From NCBI RefSeq assembly GCF_053078305.1, contig NZ_CP166879.1: a DNA stretch of 64,000 nt; one strand, written 5' to 3'. Below, one piece after another: positions 35,306 to 47,325 of this stretch. The position numbers and the translations under genes are program-made. The notes under the pieces are model-generated. The model made no database searches. It saw only the letters and a program-made list of their open reading frames with translations, and was not told the DNA's origin. Each line of letters opens with the position of its first letter. Position 1 is the first letter of the stretch.

Positions 35306-35343
35306 ATCAAAAAACCCGGCCACTTTTTTACAAAGTGACCGGG
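35306..35343 (-). terminator. Rho-independent terminator downstream of asnW
   Basis: Palindrome CCCGGCCACTTT..AAAGTGACCGGG flanked by A/T runs. Confidence 0.5.
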
Positions 35344-35405
35344 TAAAAATAATTTTTATTTTTTAACTGCCTTGAGACTCATAGAGATGTCTCAAAACTA
35401 AAATT

Positions 35406-35481
35406 TGGCTCCTCTGACTGGACTCGAACCAGTGACATACGGATTAACAGTCCGCCGTTCTACCGACTGAACTACAGAGGA
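35406..35481 (-). tRNA. asnW: tRNA-Asn (GUU)
   Basis: Reverse complement of the canonical tRNA-Asn sequence. Confidence 0.9.
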
Positions 35482-35581
35482 ATCGTGAGAACGAGGCGAA
35501 TATTAGCGATGCCCACCCACAATGTCAAAGCCTGTTTTTTAAATTTGAAATCGTTTGCTGAAATAATCTGCATTTTGTCGT

Positions 35582-37222
35582 TTATTCCGACACAACTGGC
35601 TTTTTTTCACACTTTTGCGGCTCGGATCGAGGGTATTTCCATAGCCAACGTCCAGTAACCATTCGCCAGTAAAACAGCACGGCCCGCACAGCCCAGTCGG
35701 CAAACATTCCCATCCAGACACCAACCACACCCCAGCCAAGCATGATGCCCAGCACATAACCGACGACAACCCGGCAACCCCACATGCTCAACATAGAAAC
35801 CCACATAGCGTAACGGGCGTCACGAGCCCCCTTAAATCCAGCGGGTAGCACCCATGAGGCGGACCAAATAGGCATAAATAAAGCATTTAGCCAAATCAGA
35901 ATCACAACGACATGTTTAACCTGTGGATCCTGGGTGTAAAACGATGCCATAACCCCGGCAAAGGGAGCCGTTAGCCAGGCGATGGCCGTTAATCCAAGAG
36001 TGGAAAGCCAGAACACATGCCGCAACTGAATCTCTGCTTGCGCTATCTGCCCTACCCCCAACCTTCGGCCTGTAATGATCGTAGAAGCAGAGCCGAGCGC
36101 ACTTCCGGGTAAGTTGATAAGAGCCGCAATTGAAAACGCGATAAAATTTCCGGCAATAACACTGGTCCCCATCCCGGCAACGAACATTTGGGTTAATAAC
36201 CGACCACTGGTAAATAACACTGATTCGACACTCGCGGGAATACCAATCCCCATGACTTCCCAGATAATGCTAAAATTCAGTGGCTTAAAATAGCTCTTTA
36301 ACGAAATCCTTAGCGCAGGATTAAAACCAATCGCCAACACCCACAAAATTGCAACTGCGCCAATATAACGAGAAATGGTTAAACCCAACCCAGCCCCGAC
36401 AAATCCCAGTCCCGGCCAGGAGAAAAGGCCGTAAATCAATATGCCGCTAATAATAATATTAAGAATATTCAGGCTACCGTTAATCAGTAGCGGTATTTTC
36501 GTATTCCCTGCACCACGAAGTGCCCCGCTACCAATTAGAGTGATGGCAGCTGCTGGATAACTGAGTACCGTCAGCTCCAGATAAGTCAACGCCAGTGCTT
36601 TAACTTCTGTCGTGGCATCACCCGCGACGAAATCAATAATTTGCTCGCCAAAATGATGAATAAGCGTTGCCAACAGTACGGCAAACAACGTCATGATCAC
36701 CAATGACTGCCGCGTCGCCACCCTCGCTCGTCGTCGATCCCGCTTACCGAGACTAAATGCCACAACGACAGTAGTACCAAGATCGATAGCAGCAAAAAAA
36801 GCCATAATGACCATATTGAAGCTGTCCGCCAATCCCACGCCGGCCATCGCATCTTTTCCCAGCCAACTGACCAGAAAAGTGCTCAGAACCCCCATCAACA
36901 GGACACAGGCATTCTCCATGAAGATAGGAACAGCAAGCGGGGTTATCTCGCGCCAGAACAACACTTTGTAGCTCTTGCGTTTAGCGTGCCAGCGAGTGCC
37001 GTGAACAACCTGGCGTAAAGCAGAGGAGATATTCAAAGCCGACCTTAATTGCAGAAAGTGAAACCACATTTCAAATAATGAGGGAGAATCAGCAAAGCTG
37101 CAAAGATTTTCGCCAACAAATTGTCTGCAAATGCAACAAACTGTTGATAGAAACGGCAAACAGTTGGGGAATTTAAAAATCGGGTTTGACAAAAGATTTT
37201 TCGCCGTTAAGATGTGCCTCAA
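35582..37222 (-). CDS. yeeO: MATE-family efflux transporter YeeO
   Basis: 546-aa ORF, multi-TM; the true start is probably internal. Confidence 0.75.
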   Translation of the reverse strand: MRHILTAKNLLSNPIFKFPNCLPFLSTVCCICRQFVGENLCSFADSPSLFEMWFHFLQLRSALNISSALRQVVHGTRWHAKRKSYKVLFWREITPLAVPIFMENACVLLMGVLSTFLVSWLGKDAMAGVGLADSFNMVIMAFFAAIDLGTTVVVAFSLGKRDRRRARVATRQSLVIMTLFAVLLATLIHHFGEQIIDFVAGDATTEVKALALTYLELTVLSYPAAAITLIGSGALRGAGNTKIPLLINGSLNILNIIISGILIYGLFSWPGLGFVGAGLGLTISRYIGAVAILWVLAIGFNPALRISLKSYFKPLNFSIIWEVMGIGIPASVESVLFTSGRLLTQMFVAGMGTSVIAGNFIAFSIAALINLPGSALGSASTIITGRRLGVGQIAQAEIQLRHVFWLSTLGLTAIAWLTAPFAGVMASFYTQDPQVKHVVVILIWLNALFMPIWSASWVLPAGFKGARDARYAMWVSMLSMWGCRVVVGYVLGIMLGWGVVGVWMGMFADWAVRAVLFYWRMVTGRWLWKYPRSEPQKCEKKPVVSE

Positions 37223-37229
37223 CAGCGAT

Positions 37230-37305
37230 TCCTCTGTAGTTCAGTCGGTAGAACGGCGGACTGTTAATCCGTATGTCACTGGTTCGAGTCCAGTCAGAGG
37301 AGCCA
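37230..37305 (+). tRNA. asnU: tRNA-Asn (GUU)
   Basis: Canonical sequence. Confidence 0.9.
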
Positions 37306-37316
37306 AATTTCTGAAA

Positions 37317-37342
37317 AGCCCGCTTTTATAGCGGGCTTTTTG
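37317..37342 (+). terminator. Terminator after asnU
   Basis: Stem AGCCCGC / GCGGGCT then T5. Confidence 0.5.
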
Positions 37343-38293
37343 CTATATCTGATAATCAATTTCCTCTTCACTGTTTTCCATCACCTGGCGCTTGATATCC
37401 TCAACTGACAGTCCTGCATTACAAAGTTCCAGAAAGCGCCAGACATAGTTACGCTGAAGTTGTCCTCGCTTGAGTCCCAACCAGACAGTATTAGCATCGA
37501 AAAGATGCCGCGTATCCAGGCGGATTAAATTCTTTTCCTCTTGTTCACCGCTGGATTGTTCGGCAACTAATCCGATCCCAAGCCCAAGAGCAACATAGGT
37601 TTTAATGACATCAGAATCCTGCGCACTTAATACAATATCTGCCAGCAAACCTTTGCGGGCAAATGCGTCATCAATACGTGAGCGCCCCGTAATCCCCTGT
37701 CGGTAAGTGATTAACGGCCACTTCGCTATTGACTCCAGCGTCAATGGTGTAATTTGCGTCAAGGGATGATCGAGTGGAACAAGCAAACTATGGTGCCAAC
37801 GAAACCACGGGAAGGCGACGAGCTGCGGGTCATTACTCAAACGCTCGCTGGCGATACCAATATCAGCTTCACCATTATGCAACAACGTCGCAATTTCCTG
37901 TGGCGTCCCCTGGATTAGCTCGAGCCGAACCTCCGGGAAAAGTTCGCGAAAAGCTTTAATGACCTCTGGCAAGCTATAACGTGCCTGAGTATGCGTCGTT
38001 GCAATAGTGAGAACGCCAGACGTATCGTTGGTAAACAGGTCTGCAAGCCGACGAACATTACTGGCTTCATTGAGAATACGTTCTGCAATGACCAGTAATG
38101 CTTTGCCCGGTTCAGTCATGCCCAGCAATCGCTTACCTCGTCGAACAAATATTTCGATGCCAAGTTCATCCTCCAGTTCCCGAATATGACGGCTGACGCC
38201 TGACTGTGAGGTAAAAAGCATATTCGCAACCTCTGTCAGGTTGTAATCCTGACGTGCAGCTTCGCGGATTATCTTTAGTTGTTGGAAATTCAC
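37343..38293 (-). CDS. cbl: LysR-family regulator Cbl (CysB-like)
   Basis: 316 aa. Confidence 0.85.
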   Translation of the reverse strand: MNFQQLKIIREAARQDYNLTEVANMLFTSQSGVSRHIRELEDELGIEIFVRRGKRLLGMTEPGKALLVIAERILNEASNVRRLADLFTNDTSGVLTIATTHTQARYSLPEVIKAFRELFPEVRLELIQGTPQEIATLLHNGEADIGIASERLSNDPQLVAFPWFRWHHSLLVPLDHPLTQITPLTLESIAKWPLITYRQGITGRSRIDDAFARKGLLADIVLSAQDSDVIKTYVALGLGIGLVAEQSSGEQEEKNLIRLDTRHLFDANTVWLGLKRGQLQRNYVWRFLELCNAGLSVEDIKRQVMENSEEEIDYQI

Positions 38294-38394
38294 GGTAAAC
38301 TCCGGGCAGTTCAGATATCCCGTTATTGTTAAAGTCTAACGCCCGGCATAACAAATAATAAAAACCCGCATCTTATTCCATCCCGATATAACGC

Positions 38395-39312
38395 TTAGCT
38401 CACCAATTGCCACTGCCTTTTTTCCATCACTGGAGAACTAATCACTGACATTAACAACTCTTTCACTGCCTGTGCCTGTGGCGATAAGTTCGCTCTGGCG
38501 GGTAAATTTAATGACAAAGAGAGACTCATGGAAGGCGTGGTAATGCGTGACATCCACCCATTTACTGCGCCACATAACGAACGCGCGGCCGATTCGGGTA
38601 ATACTGCAACGCCCATGCCGCTGGCAATCGCTGCGGTAAGCGTGGCAATAGACTCAATTTCACCAATGACTTTTGCCGTGAGCCGCCGTAGGGAAAACGC
38701 CTCATCAACACGAAGTCTAACAGCGCTGTAATCACTGGGGAGAAAAAGGTTCATTTGTGCAATAGCATTAACATCAACGCTTTGCCCCGGGCAATCTTGA
38801 GTTCCTACCAGGAAAAGATCTTCTTTCAGCAAAGCCTGACTGGATACCCCAGCCACAGGGGAATGCTCATAAATCACCGCCATATCGAGTTGGTGATTTA
38901 TCAGTTTTTCGTTAAGCACTGCACCGCTATTTTCATGAAGATAGATAACGATCTCCGGGAATTCAGCGCGAACCGCCTGTAATAAGGGCATGGTGATGGA
39001 TGACGCAGCGGTTCCTGGCGCAAAGCCAATCGAGACTTGCCCCGATAATGCCTGACCAACGTTATGCACCGCCAGTTGGGCCTGCTCACACTGACGTAAA
39101 ATGGCCCGCGCATGGGTATAGAGAATTTTTCCGGCGTCAGTTGGCGTAACGCCCCGTTTTGTGCGAATCAAAAGTTGTTGATTTAACTCACCTTCCAGTG
39201 TGGCAACCTGCTGGCTGAGCGCTGGTTGTGCGATATGCAATACTTCAGCAGCCTGGGTCAGGCTACCAATATCTACAATTTTTACGAAGTATTTAAGGCG
39301 TCTGAAGTTCAT
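38395..39312 (-). CDS. nac: Nitrogen assimilation control protein Nac (LysR family)
   Basis: 305 aa from ATG 39312, MNFRRLKYFVKIVDIGSLTQAA. Confidence 0.85.
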   Translation of the reverse strand: MNFRRLKYFVKIVDIGSLTQAAEVLHIAQPALSQQVATLEGELNQQLLIRTKRGVTPTDAGKILYTHARAILRQCEQAQLAVHNVGQALSGQVSIGFAPGTAASSITMPLLQAVRAEFPEIVIYLHENSGAVLNEKLINHQLDMAVIYEHSPVAGVSSQALLKEDLFLVGTQDCPGQSVDVNAIAQMNLFLPSDYSAVRLRVDEAFSLRRLTAKVIGEIESIATLTAAIASGMGVAVLPESAARSLCGAVNGWMSRITTPSMSLSLSLNLPARANLSPQAQAVKELLMSVISSPVMEKRQWQLVS

Positions 39313-39637
39313 GTTGCCTCCGGTTTTTAAGAATCGGCCCAAGTGCCGCCATTACTTACAACCAGATTGCAAGATGCTTGCCAGTTTTATTTTGGCGTTG
39401 ATGTACAAGCTAACCAACTGTCAAATAAGAGATTATGATAGATTCGTCATTGGCTCTTTTCACCAGCAGTCGCGTTCCCCTGCCCTATAAAAGGAGGGTA
39501 TGCACCACGATGGTTCATTACCAATAAGATTGAAATCTCATCACTTTGTTGAAATTGGCAGCAAACAAACAAAAAAATGCATTTCACCCTTTGACATCAC
39601 CATGCACTGCCATTAATATGCGCCCCGTTCACACGAT

Positions 39638-39713
39638 TCCTCTGTAGTTCAGTCGGTAGAACGGCGGACTGTTAATCCGTATGTCACTGGTTCGAGTCCA
39701 GTCAGAGGAGCCA
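39638..39713 (+). tRNA. asnV: tRNA-Asn (GUU)
   Basis: Canonical sequence. Confidence 0.9.
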
Positions 39714-39723
39714 AATTCAAAAA

Positions 39724-39748
39724 AGCCTGCTTTCTAGCAGGCTTTTTG
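39724..39748 (+). terminator. Terminator after asnV
   Basis: Stem AGCCTGC / GCAGGCT then T5. Confidence 0.5.
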
Positions 39749-39768
39749 CTTTCTAATTACCAACGCTC

Positions 39769-40704
39769 TTAAAACATCTGTCTTGAACCAGAACTAATTT
39801 GCACAGGCATTCCCGATCGACGTTGCAACGCAGCATTTGCGCGATTCACATCAACTTCTTGCCCGTTGATAAACGCCCGCAAAGATGGGGTTACCGGCAA
39901 TGGCACTTTTCGGTCAGACTCATATTCTGCACGATTGCGCGACAGCGGCTCATGAACTTCCAGCCAGTTCGAGCCATCTGGTTCAGTGGTGTATTTTACT
40001 GGCTGGTCGATAATTTGCACACGCGTCCCAACAGGAACATTATCAAACAGATATTTGATATCGTCATTGCGCAGACGAATACAGCCCTGACTTACCCGGA
40101 GCCCAATACCAAAATTGGCATTGGTACCGTGGATGGCATACAACCTGCCAATATAAATCGCGTACAGCCCCATGGGATTATCGGGACCCGCAGGAACAAA
40201 TGCGGGCAAACTCTCCCCTCGTTTCGCATATTCGCGCCGAGTGTTCGGCGTTGGCGTCCAGGTTGGAGCTTCTTGTTTACGTTCAACGGTAGTCACCCAG
40301 TTACGCGGGGTTTCTCGCCCGGCCTGACCGATTCCAATAGGAAAGACTTCTACAGTATTACTGTCTGGCGGGTAGTAATAAAGACGCATCTCAGCGACGT
40401 TAACCACAATCCCTTTACGAACAGTGGCGGGCAAAATCAGTTGCTGCGGAATGGTGAGTTGCGAGCCAGACTTCGGCAAAAAAACATCAGCGCCCGGGTT
40501 CGCTTCAAGCATGTTACTTAACCCTTGCCCGTATTGTGCGGCAAAAGTCTCCAGCGGCTGGGTATTGTGATCAGGAACAGTTACAGTAAACGACTGCCCC
40601 ACTAAACGGCTACCCTCTGGAGGTAATGGATAAGTTACCGCCAGGCTAGTATGGCTGGCAAAAAGCAGAGCAAATGAGCAAAGAATATTTACACGACGCA
40701 TCAT
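39769..40704 (-). CDS. ldtA: L,D-transpeptidase LdtA (ErfK)
   Basis: 311 aa with signal peptide and YkuD-type catalytic region. Confidence 0.8.
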   Translation of the reverse strand: MMRRVNILCSFALLFASHTSLAVTYPLPPEGSRLVGQSFTVTVPDHNTQPLETFAAQYGQGLSNMLEANPGADVFLPKSGSQLTIPQQLILPATVRKGIVVNVAEMRLYYYPPDSNTVEVFPIGIGQAGRETPRNWVTTVERKQEAPTWTPTPNTRREYAKRGESLPAFVPAGPDNPMGLYAIYIGRLYAIHGTNANFGIGLRVSQGCIRLRNDDIKYLFDNVPVGTRVQIIDQPVKYTTEPDGSNWLEVHEPLSRNRAEYESDRKVPLPVTPSLRAFINGQEVDVNRANAALQRRSGMPVQISSGSRQMF

Positions 40705-40765
40705 GTCCCTTTCCTAAGTCGCGAAAGCTATCCGTTAAGTATAGCTTTTATCAGACTTTTCGTTT

Positions 40766-41845
40766 TTAACTGTTCAAATCAGAAGTCGTATTCCCCGGTA
40801 GAACAATATTACTGGCAGCAAGTTCGCCCATGTTGTTATATATCGCACAGGCAGCTTCGATGATGGGCATCGCCAGAGCTGCGCCACTCCCCTCACCTAA
40901 ACGCATCTCCATATTGAGATAAGGCTCCAGCCCCAAATGCGACAGCGCTATACGCGCCCCTTTTTCTGCCGACAGGTGAGAAGGAATGAGATACGGTTTG
41001 ATTGCAGGAGACATCTGGCAGGCTGCGAGCGCAGCAGCATAAGAAAGAAATCCATCCAGCAACACGGGTAAACCGCAGGAAGCAGCGCCTAACATCACGC
41101 CAGCCATTCCGACCAAATCAAATCCACCCACTTTTGCCAGAACATCAACGCCATCCTGCGGATTTGGTTGATTCAACGTAATCGCCCGGCGCACAACATC
41201 AATTTTATTAGCCAGTTTATCTGTCGGCAGGTTTGCGCCAATCCCAACCACTTCTTCAGGATCCCGGCCAGTGATTGTGCTGACTATTGCTGCTGCCGGT
41301 GTCGTGTTTGCCATCCCCAGTTCACCTACACCAAACAGCGTGACACCGTTTTTTGCCAGCTCCCGCGTATAACATATGACGTCCAAAAGCAACGTTTCAG
41401 CCTGACGGCGACTCATTGCCGGAGCTGAAGCAATATTGCCGCTACCTCGTGCGACACGCATGTTGATAAGCCCGGGGATAGGCTCAGCAGTATCAATACC
41501 AACATCAACTACGTGGACGTTAGCGCCCGCTTGTGCTGCCAGCACACACACGCCGGTTGTTCCGCGGGTCATATTTTCAGCCTGAATGGCTGTCACTTCT
41601 TTTGGGGAAATAGCGACCCCTTCCTCCCAGACGCCGTGATCGGCACACATAACCAGTACCGCTTTTTTGCCCACATGCAGTATGCCATTCAACCCCGGCA
41701 TTCCTGCCAGTTGTATGGCAAGCGCCTCCAGCCTTCCCAGGCTACCAACAGGTTTGAGTAACCCGTCAATATGCCGTTGTGCACGCGACATAGCGGCAGG
41801 ATCGATGGCAGGGATCGTATTCAGTAAATCGGCAAGTGTTTGCAT
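40766..41845 (-). CDS. cobT: Nicotinate-nucleotide-dimethylbenzimidazole phosphoribosyltransferase
   Basis: 359 aa. Confidence 0.85.
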   Translation of the reverse strand: MQTLADLLNTIPAIDPAAMSRAQRHIDGLLKPVGSLGRLEALAIQLAGMPGLNGILHVGKKAVLVMCADHGVWEEGVAISPKEVTAIQAENMTRGTTGVCVLAAQAGANVHVVDVGIDTAEPIPGLINMRVARGSGNIASAPAMSRRQAETLLLDVICYTRELAKNGVTLFGVGELGMANTTPAAAIVSTITGRDPEEVVGIGANLPTDKLANKIDVVRRAITLNQPNPQDGVDVLAKVGGFDLVGMAGVMLGAASCGLPVLLDGFLSYAAALAACQMSPAIKPYLIPSHLSAEKGARIALSHLGLEPYLNMEMRLGEGSGAALAMPIIEAACAIYNNMGELAASNIVLPGNTTSDLNS

Positions 41846-41856
41846 GTCACGTCTCT

Positions 41857-42600
41857 TTATAGCAGTGCCAGCAGGAAGACCAGTTCACCAAGCTCTATAG
41901 CAGCTCCCAGCGTATCGCCGGTTTGCCCGCCCAGCGTACGTTTGAGAAGCTGACCGAGGATGAAAATCGCCACCATCGTCACCACCATAGCAGCCACACC
42001 ATGCATACCCGGCAATAATACGGCAGCAAAAATAGCGGCCAAGCCGAGTGTGACGCAGGTTTGTCGCCCATCAATTTTGCCAATGAACACATTGCCAAGT
42101 CCTTCTTCCCGGGCATAACGATGACGATACATCAATAATGCGGCAGTCCCGCGGCTGACCGCACATGCTGCCGCCAGCGATGCAAGGATCGGTTCGCCAC
42201 GCAGAGCCAACTCGCTTAATACCAGAATCTTTGCCAGTACAACAAAAATCAATGCCAGACCGCCGTGGGTGCCTAAACGGCTATCACGCATGATTTCCAA
42301 CATGCGATCGCGGCTACGTGCAGAAAATACGCCATCACAGGTATCGGCGAGGCCGTCCAGGTGGAATCCCCCGGTCATCAGCGCCAGCACAAGCACGCTA
42401 AACAGTGCCGCCAGTGGTACGCCACACCATGCCTGCAGCACCGTGAAGACCAGCCCGCTAATCGCGCCAAGCAATAATCCAATTAAAGGAAAAGTAATAA
42501 TACCGCGAGAATAATGCTCGAAATCCAGTCCCTGGGACCAGCGACGCGGTACAGGCAGACGCGTAATAAATGAGAGCATCGCCCAAAATAATTTACTCAT
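41857..42600 (-). CDS. cobS: Cobalamin synthase
   Basis: 247 aa from ATG 42600; membrane protein. Confidence 0.85.
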   Translation of the reverse strand: MSKLFWAMLSFITRLPVPRRWSQGLDFEHYSRGIITFPLIGLLLGAISGLVFTVLQAWCGVPLAALFSVLVLALMTGGFHLDGLADTCDGVFSARSRDRMLEIMRDSRLGTHGGLALIFVVLAKILVLSELALRGEPILASLAAACAVSRGTAALLMYRHRYAREEGLGNVFIGKIDGRQTCVTLGLAAIFAAVLLPGMHGVAAMVVTMVAIFILGQLLKRTLGGQTGDTLGAAIELGELVFLLALL

Positions 42601-43142
42601 TTGATTTTTACTCCAATACCCGAAACCACCAGCCATACTTCATTAGCCGCAGCGGCCAGCTGCTGATTTACCCGCCCGGCAATATCACGAAAATGTCGTG
42701 CCAGACGACTCTCCGGCACAATCCCCATTCCCACTTCGTTAGTCACTAATACAACCTTTGCGGGGCAACGTTGGCAGGCAGCAATCAACGACTGAATCTC
42801 AACATGAATCGCCTGTTCCATCGCCTGATAATCCCATTCATCAGGGTCCTTATCGCCGCCATAATCAAACAACAGATTAGTCACCATTGTGGTAACGCAT
42901 TCCAGCAACACAGCTTCATGCGGGTTAATGTCTGCATGAATTAATTCATCAACATGTTGCCAACGCTCCACCGTGCGCCAGTGCGCCGGGCGGCCTTTCC
43001 GATGATGTTCTATCCGTGCAGCCATCTCATCATCAAGGATTTGCGAGGTGGCGATATACAGAACCTGTGAAGAGTCCCCAATAAGCGCCTCTGCGTGGCG
43101 ACTCTTCCCGCTCCGTGCTCCACCTGTCACCAAAATCATCAT
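42597..43142 (-). CDS. cobU: Adenosylcobinamide kinase / adenosylcobinamide-phosphate guanylyltransferase
   Basis: 181 aa from ATG 43142; P-loop GGARSGKS. Confidence 0.85.
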   Translation of the reverse strand: MMILVTGGARSGKSRHAEALIGDSSQVLYIATSQILDDEMAARIEHHRKGRPAHWRTVERWQHVDELIHADINPHEAVLLECVTTMVTNLLFDYGGDKDPDEWDYQAMEQAIHVEIQSLIAACQRCPAKVVLVTNEVGMGIVPESRLARHFRDIAGRVNQQLAAAANEVWLVVSGIGVKIK

Positions 43143-43365
43143 ACCGACTCCTGATTCAATTGTATGATGGTATTCATTGAACAGAACAATGGATCCCCCA
43201 CCGTTGCTGACCACAAAACATTTACGCGATTAATACTGCGCGTAATATAATTAAAAATCCAGCATTCTCAACCCATTACGAAAGAAGATGGCATTGTGGA
43301 ATAGCCAGACTTCCTCGTGTTAACGTCCGATCATTGGAGTAGTCACCAAAGCAGATTTAGCCAGC

Positions 43366-43500
43366 ATGGAACAAATATCTTTGGTGAAATGTTGGTTACG
43401 GGAAGCCGGAGCGCACAACGTGTTAGTAACCAGTGCGGTTAATAACAATGGAGTTACAGAACTTTTTGCCTTGCTGCATACAGAAGATGTCTGTCGCTAA
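43366..43500 (+). pseudogene. Short ORF that may be a gene remnant (possibly yoeF-like) in the cobU-yeeX spacer
   Basis: 44-aa ORF; speculative. Confidence 0.2.
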
Positions 43501-43600
43501 TTTCGATAGGTTATCAGATGGGAATGATGACTTTGATACACAGAAAAGAATCAATGAGCAATGAGGGTTGCCGGGCAACCCTCATTGAATAAAACAGGAA

Positions 43601-43930
43601 TTACTTCGCTTCGCCGTTTTTCATTTCGCCCATAGCTTTCAGCTTTTTGGAGATATCACGGCGTTCTTTGGAGAGCTCGGCATTTTTGATGATGTAATCG
43701 TCAACGCGATCTTCATAGTCACCTTTCATGCTGGCGATGATGCCCTGGATTGCTTCAACGCTCATCCCCGGCTTGATGTAATCGCTCAGGTTGTCCAGCA
43801 GCAGGACGCGCTTCTGGTTGTCACGGATCTTTTTCTCAACGTCCTGAATTTCACGTTGCAGTTTGTTCTTACGACGGAACAGACGAACAAATTCCAGTAC
43901 GTCCTGGAATGAAGGCTTGGTAGTTTCCAT
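43601..43930 (-). CDS. yeeX: DUF496 protein YeeX
   Basis: 109 aa from ATG 43930, [14 protein letters not shown]. Confidence 0.8.
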   Translation of the reverse strand: METTKPSFQDVLEFVRLFRRKNKLQREIQDVEKKIRDNQKRVLLLDNLSDYIKPGMSVEAIQGIIASMKGDYEDRVDDYIIKNAELSKERRDISKKLKAMGEMKNGEAK

Positions 43931-44101
43931 TTTTATACCCCTGATAATGTGAGAGTCGGATTCGTTTAAGCAACCGCTATTCGTTAGGGCCAACATTACT
44001 CATAGCTGCCGCAGATGACAATGCTTTTATCCCTTTTCACTATCATACCCTTTATCCTTGCTGAATCGAAGCAGCAGCAAGATGATTCTGAAGTTCAGGA
44101 A

Positions 44102-45160
44102 TTATTTGCGCAAGGCCCGGCAAATCAGATTCGATAGCAACTCAAGCTGATGCGCCGTTTCCATGTTCAGCCACACATAACCATAGATTGGTGTTTCCAC
44201 AACCTTCAGGTCATGGTGGTTATTGAGCAACTGACGCAGCTCTTCCACAGCATCGTTCAATTTTTCCGTATTGGCAAAAACCGGCTGCGGATTACCTTCG
44301 TACAGCGCATGAACAAGGCTCAGCAGTATTTGCTGCATCATGTGCTGGGTGTCACGAAGTTTTTGCGCGTTCAATAACACGAAATGGCTGGGGCGCGTGG
44401 CCCAGTATGCATTGATTTGCAACTCCAGCATACAAACCAGATTGCGGTTAATGGTCTGGATACCTTCATATATCGATTTTGGAATACGGGTTTCTTTGCT
44501 GGCGGGCGCAATCAACCCACGCATTTTCACGGCATCGGTCAAGAGTTTTTGTAGATGGCTTTCCAGACGTGGGCGTTCGAGTAAGTTCGGTGAGAATGCA
44601 GATTGATAGACCCGATTATACTCGGTCAGACTTTTCGCCAGTTGAATACGCCAGTGGATGAACGCCCGTTGTGGCCAGATACCGGTAAACAACATTGCCA
44701 GTAAAGAGCCGAGGATCACATCGCCGCTTCGCCATAACGCCGTATCAATTTCACCTGTAGGGGAACCCACAACAATTGCCAGCGTCACCCCAATCAATAA
44801 ACCTTGATACGGTTTCTTGCCCAGCGCCAGCCAACCGCAAAGAAACATAGCCGCCGCGCACCAGACTAACATCAGCGGTAACGAAATTAACTCCAGTTGC
44901 AGAGCGATAAGACCTAAAATCGAACCCAACACCGTACCGCCAATACGCTCAAAGGCGCGAGGGACAACGTTACCCCAGAACGAGATTGGCCCCATAATCA
45001 CCACCATGGTGACCAGCGGCCAGGTGCTTTCCGGGATAGTAAACAGGCGGATAATGAGAAAAGTGAGCAGGAATGCCAGCGCGACCCGAGTACCATGCAC
45101 AATGCGGTAATGGCGGTATACCCGGATTTCAAACGGGCTTAATGACTTATCGGCACGCAC
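44102..45160 (-). CDS. yeeA: Inner membrane protein YeeA (FUSC-like)
   Basis: 352 aa. Confidence 0.8.
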   Translation of the reverse strand: MRADKSLSPFEIRVYRHYRIVHGTRVALAFLLTFLIIRLFTIPESTWPLVTMVVIMGPISFWGNVVPRAFERIGGTVLGSILGLIALQLELISLPLMLVWCAAAMFLCGWLALGKKPYQGLLIGVTLAIVVGSPTGEIDTALWRSGDVILGSLLAMLFTGIWPQRAFIHWRIQLAKSLTEYNRVYQSAFSPNLLERPRLESHLQKLLTDAVKMRGLIAPASKETRIPKSIYEGIQTINRNLVCMLELQINAYWATRPSHFVLLNAQKLRDTQHMMQQILLSLVHALYEGNPQPVFANTEKLNDAVEELRQLLNNHHDLKVVETPIYGYVWLNMETAHQLELLSNLICRALRK

Positions 45161-45358
45161 GCAGAAACTCCGTAATGAAGATTAAAAGCGCTCATAACTC
45201 ATCTGTCGGCCAGAAGGCGCGCCTCTGAATTATCCGACGGACAAACCGGGAACAGTGTAATTTCCCGGCAGGAGCGAAAAAATTGAAAGGCGCATCTTAC
45301 TCTTTTCGCTTTCAAAAAAAAGAGTGGTCATCGCGTTAACACACCGCCCTGAGATGAA

Positions 45359-45832
45359 TTAGTGATGTTTTGGCTGCACCGCAACATACATTTCGATATC
45401 CCAGTACCCATCTTCCGCGCCATTGTTCAAATAAACCTCGAAGCAGGGCTTTGGTAACATTTCATAAGCACTGTCCTGCAAGAGGCTATTAAAGAACTGA
45501 TACCAGGGTTTAGCAAAATCATCACCGACTACACGAGCTACCGCCACCGCATACTGACCACCTGAAATTTCTGTCAGAATGACGCCCTCACTGTTTTCGG
45601 GAAGCGTAAAGTAACCCGGCACCGTCACGACGGTGTCGCAGCGTAATTTTTCGGCGGGTGTTTCATCTGGATTGTCGTAATAGACAGCAACCCACTCCTT
45701 CGGCACAATATTTTTACTATCTACCCACATCATCAACTGCTCAAAACCTTTCTTTACCGTCTGTTCCCACGGGCCAACGAGATGGAAACCTGCAACGGTA
45801 CGTTTCTCTTCCTGCTTAATCTCGTAGTTCAT
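45359..45832 (-). CDS. sbmC: DNA gyrase inhibitor SbmC (GyrI)
   Basis: 157 aa. Confidence 0.85.
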   Translation of the reverse strand: MNYEIKQEEKRTVAGFHLVGPWEQTVKKGFEQLMMWVDSKNIVPKEWVAVYYDNPDETPAEKLRCDTVVTVPGYFTLPENSEGVILTEISGGQYAVAVARVVGDDFAKPWYQFFNSLLQDSAYEMLPKPCFEVYLNNGAEDGYWDIEMYVAVQPKHH

Positions 45833-45950
45833 GACGCCTCCATTAACACTGTTTTTATATACAGTATAGTTGCAAAATTAAAACCACAAGGAATGAGTGT
45901 TGATTATGCGAGCAGACTCGCACTCCTGCCAGTCTGCTGCAAAAGAAAGG

Positions 45951-47123
45951 TCAGGCCTTATGGTGGAAATAATCACTCAGGCGGGAAAACATGCCGCCTT
46001 CCCCGACAGATTCCAGGGTAACCAGCGGCCAGTGCGCCACCTCTTTATCACGGTCGTAAAGTTCAATTTCCCCTACCCGCTGATGGGCGCTAATTGGCGC
46101 GGTGAGTTCTTTACCATCAAGGGTATATTTGGCTTTGATATGTGGAATTTCGGCTTTCGGTAGCACCATCCAGAACTCTTGTTCCGTTCCCAGGTCGATA
46201 TTTTCTTTATCGCCATACCAGATGCGTTCCGTTCCGACCTTTTTCCCACGGTGCAAAATTTGCACCGTAGTAAAGTTTTGTTGCCCCCAACGTAGTAATT
46301 TTCTTGCCTCTTCCTCACGACCTTTTGCACTGTCAGCCCCCATTACCACTGCAATGAGACGACGCTGCCCATCTACAGCCGAAGCAATGAGATTAAACCC
46401 GGCACCAGAAGTATGACCCGTTTTCAGGCCGTCAACATTCATGGTTTTATCCCACAATAACCCGTTACGGTTTTGCTGGGTGATACCGTTCCAGGTGAGG
46501 CTTTTCTCACTGTACATATGATAAAACTCGGGCTCGCCGTGGATGATAGCACGAGAAAGCACAGCTAAATCATAAGCCGAGCTATGCTGACCTGGCGCAT
46601 CCAGGCCATGCACTGTTTCAAAATGCGTATCCTTGAGATGCAGCTTCTCGGCATAGTTGTTCATCATTTCAACAAACTGCCGTTGCCCACCGGCAATATA
46701 GTCAGCCAGAGCAACACAAGCGTCATTTCCGGAATCAACAATTAAACCACGGCTTAAATCACGTACCGATACGCGATCGCCCTCTTTCAAAAACATCAGT
46801 GAAGAACCGACAAACACCGGATTGTCTTTCGCCCACGCATCGCGCCCCACGGTGACAATATCGTCTGGCGTAATGCGATGACTATCGATAGCACGATCCA
46901 CGACATAGCCCGTCATCAGCTTTGTCAGGCTGGCGGGATTGCGCTGTTGATGCTCATTACCCGCGGTGAGGATCTGACCGGTGGTGTAATCCATCAATAC
47001 CCAGGACCCGGCATGAATCTCAGGAGGCTGAGGTGAAAAAGGAATGTTTTCCGCCGCAAAACCAGACGATAAGTTAAAAACGAACAAAGAAGCAGCAATA
47101 ATAAGACGGCGTTTCAACAGCAA
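45951..47123 (-). CDS. dacD: D-alanyl-D-alanine carboxypeptidase DacD (PBP6b)
   Basis: 390-aa ORF with signal peptide; start may differ by a few codons. Confidence 0.8.
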   Translation of the reverse strand: MLLKRRLIIAASLFVFNLSSGFAAENIPFSPQPPEIHAGSWVLMDYTTGQILTAGNEHQQRNPASLTKLMTGYVVDRAIDSHRITPDDIVTVGRDAWAKDNPVFVGSSLMFLKEGDRVSVRDLSRGLIVDSGNDACVALADYIAGGQRQFVEMMNNYAEKLHLKDTHFETVHGLDAPGQHSSAYDLAVLSRAIIHGEPEFYHMYSEKSLTWNGITQQNRNGLLWDKTMNVDGLKTGHTSGAGFNLIASAVDGQRRLIAVVMGADSAKGREEEARKLLRWGQQNFTTVQILHRGKKVGTERIWYGDKENIDLGTEQEFWMVLPKAEIPHIKAKYTLDGKELTAPISAHQRVGEIELYDRDKEVAHWPLVTLESVGEGGMFSRLSDYFHHKA

Positions 47124-47325
47124 ACCCTCAGGAGTTTCAAATAGCTGTTCTTTTTACGGAAATACTTATGAACTGGCTGGAATAAAGTGCAAGAAAATGT
47201 GACTACCCTCTCATTTTTATCTGACATGATCTGTTGCCACTCGCTGCCAAATTGTGGCGCTAAAGCTGATTAGCACGGTGATATTTGATACTCTGGCAGA
47301 CAGCAGAAATAACGGATTTAACCTA

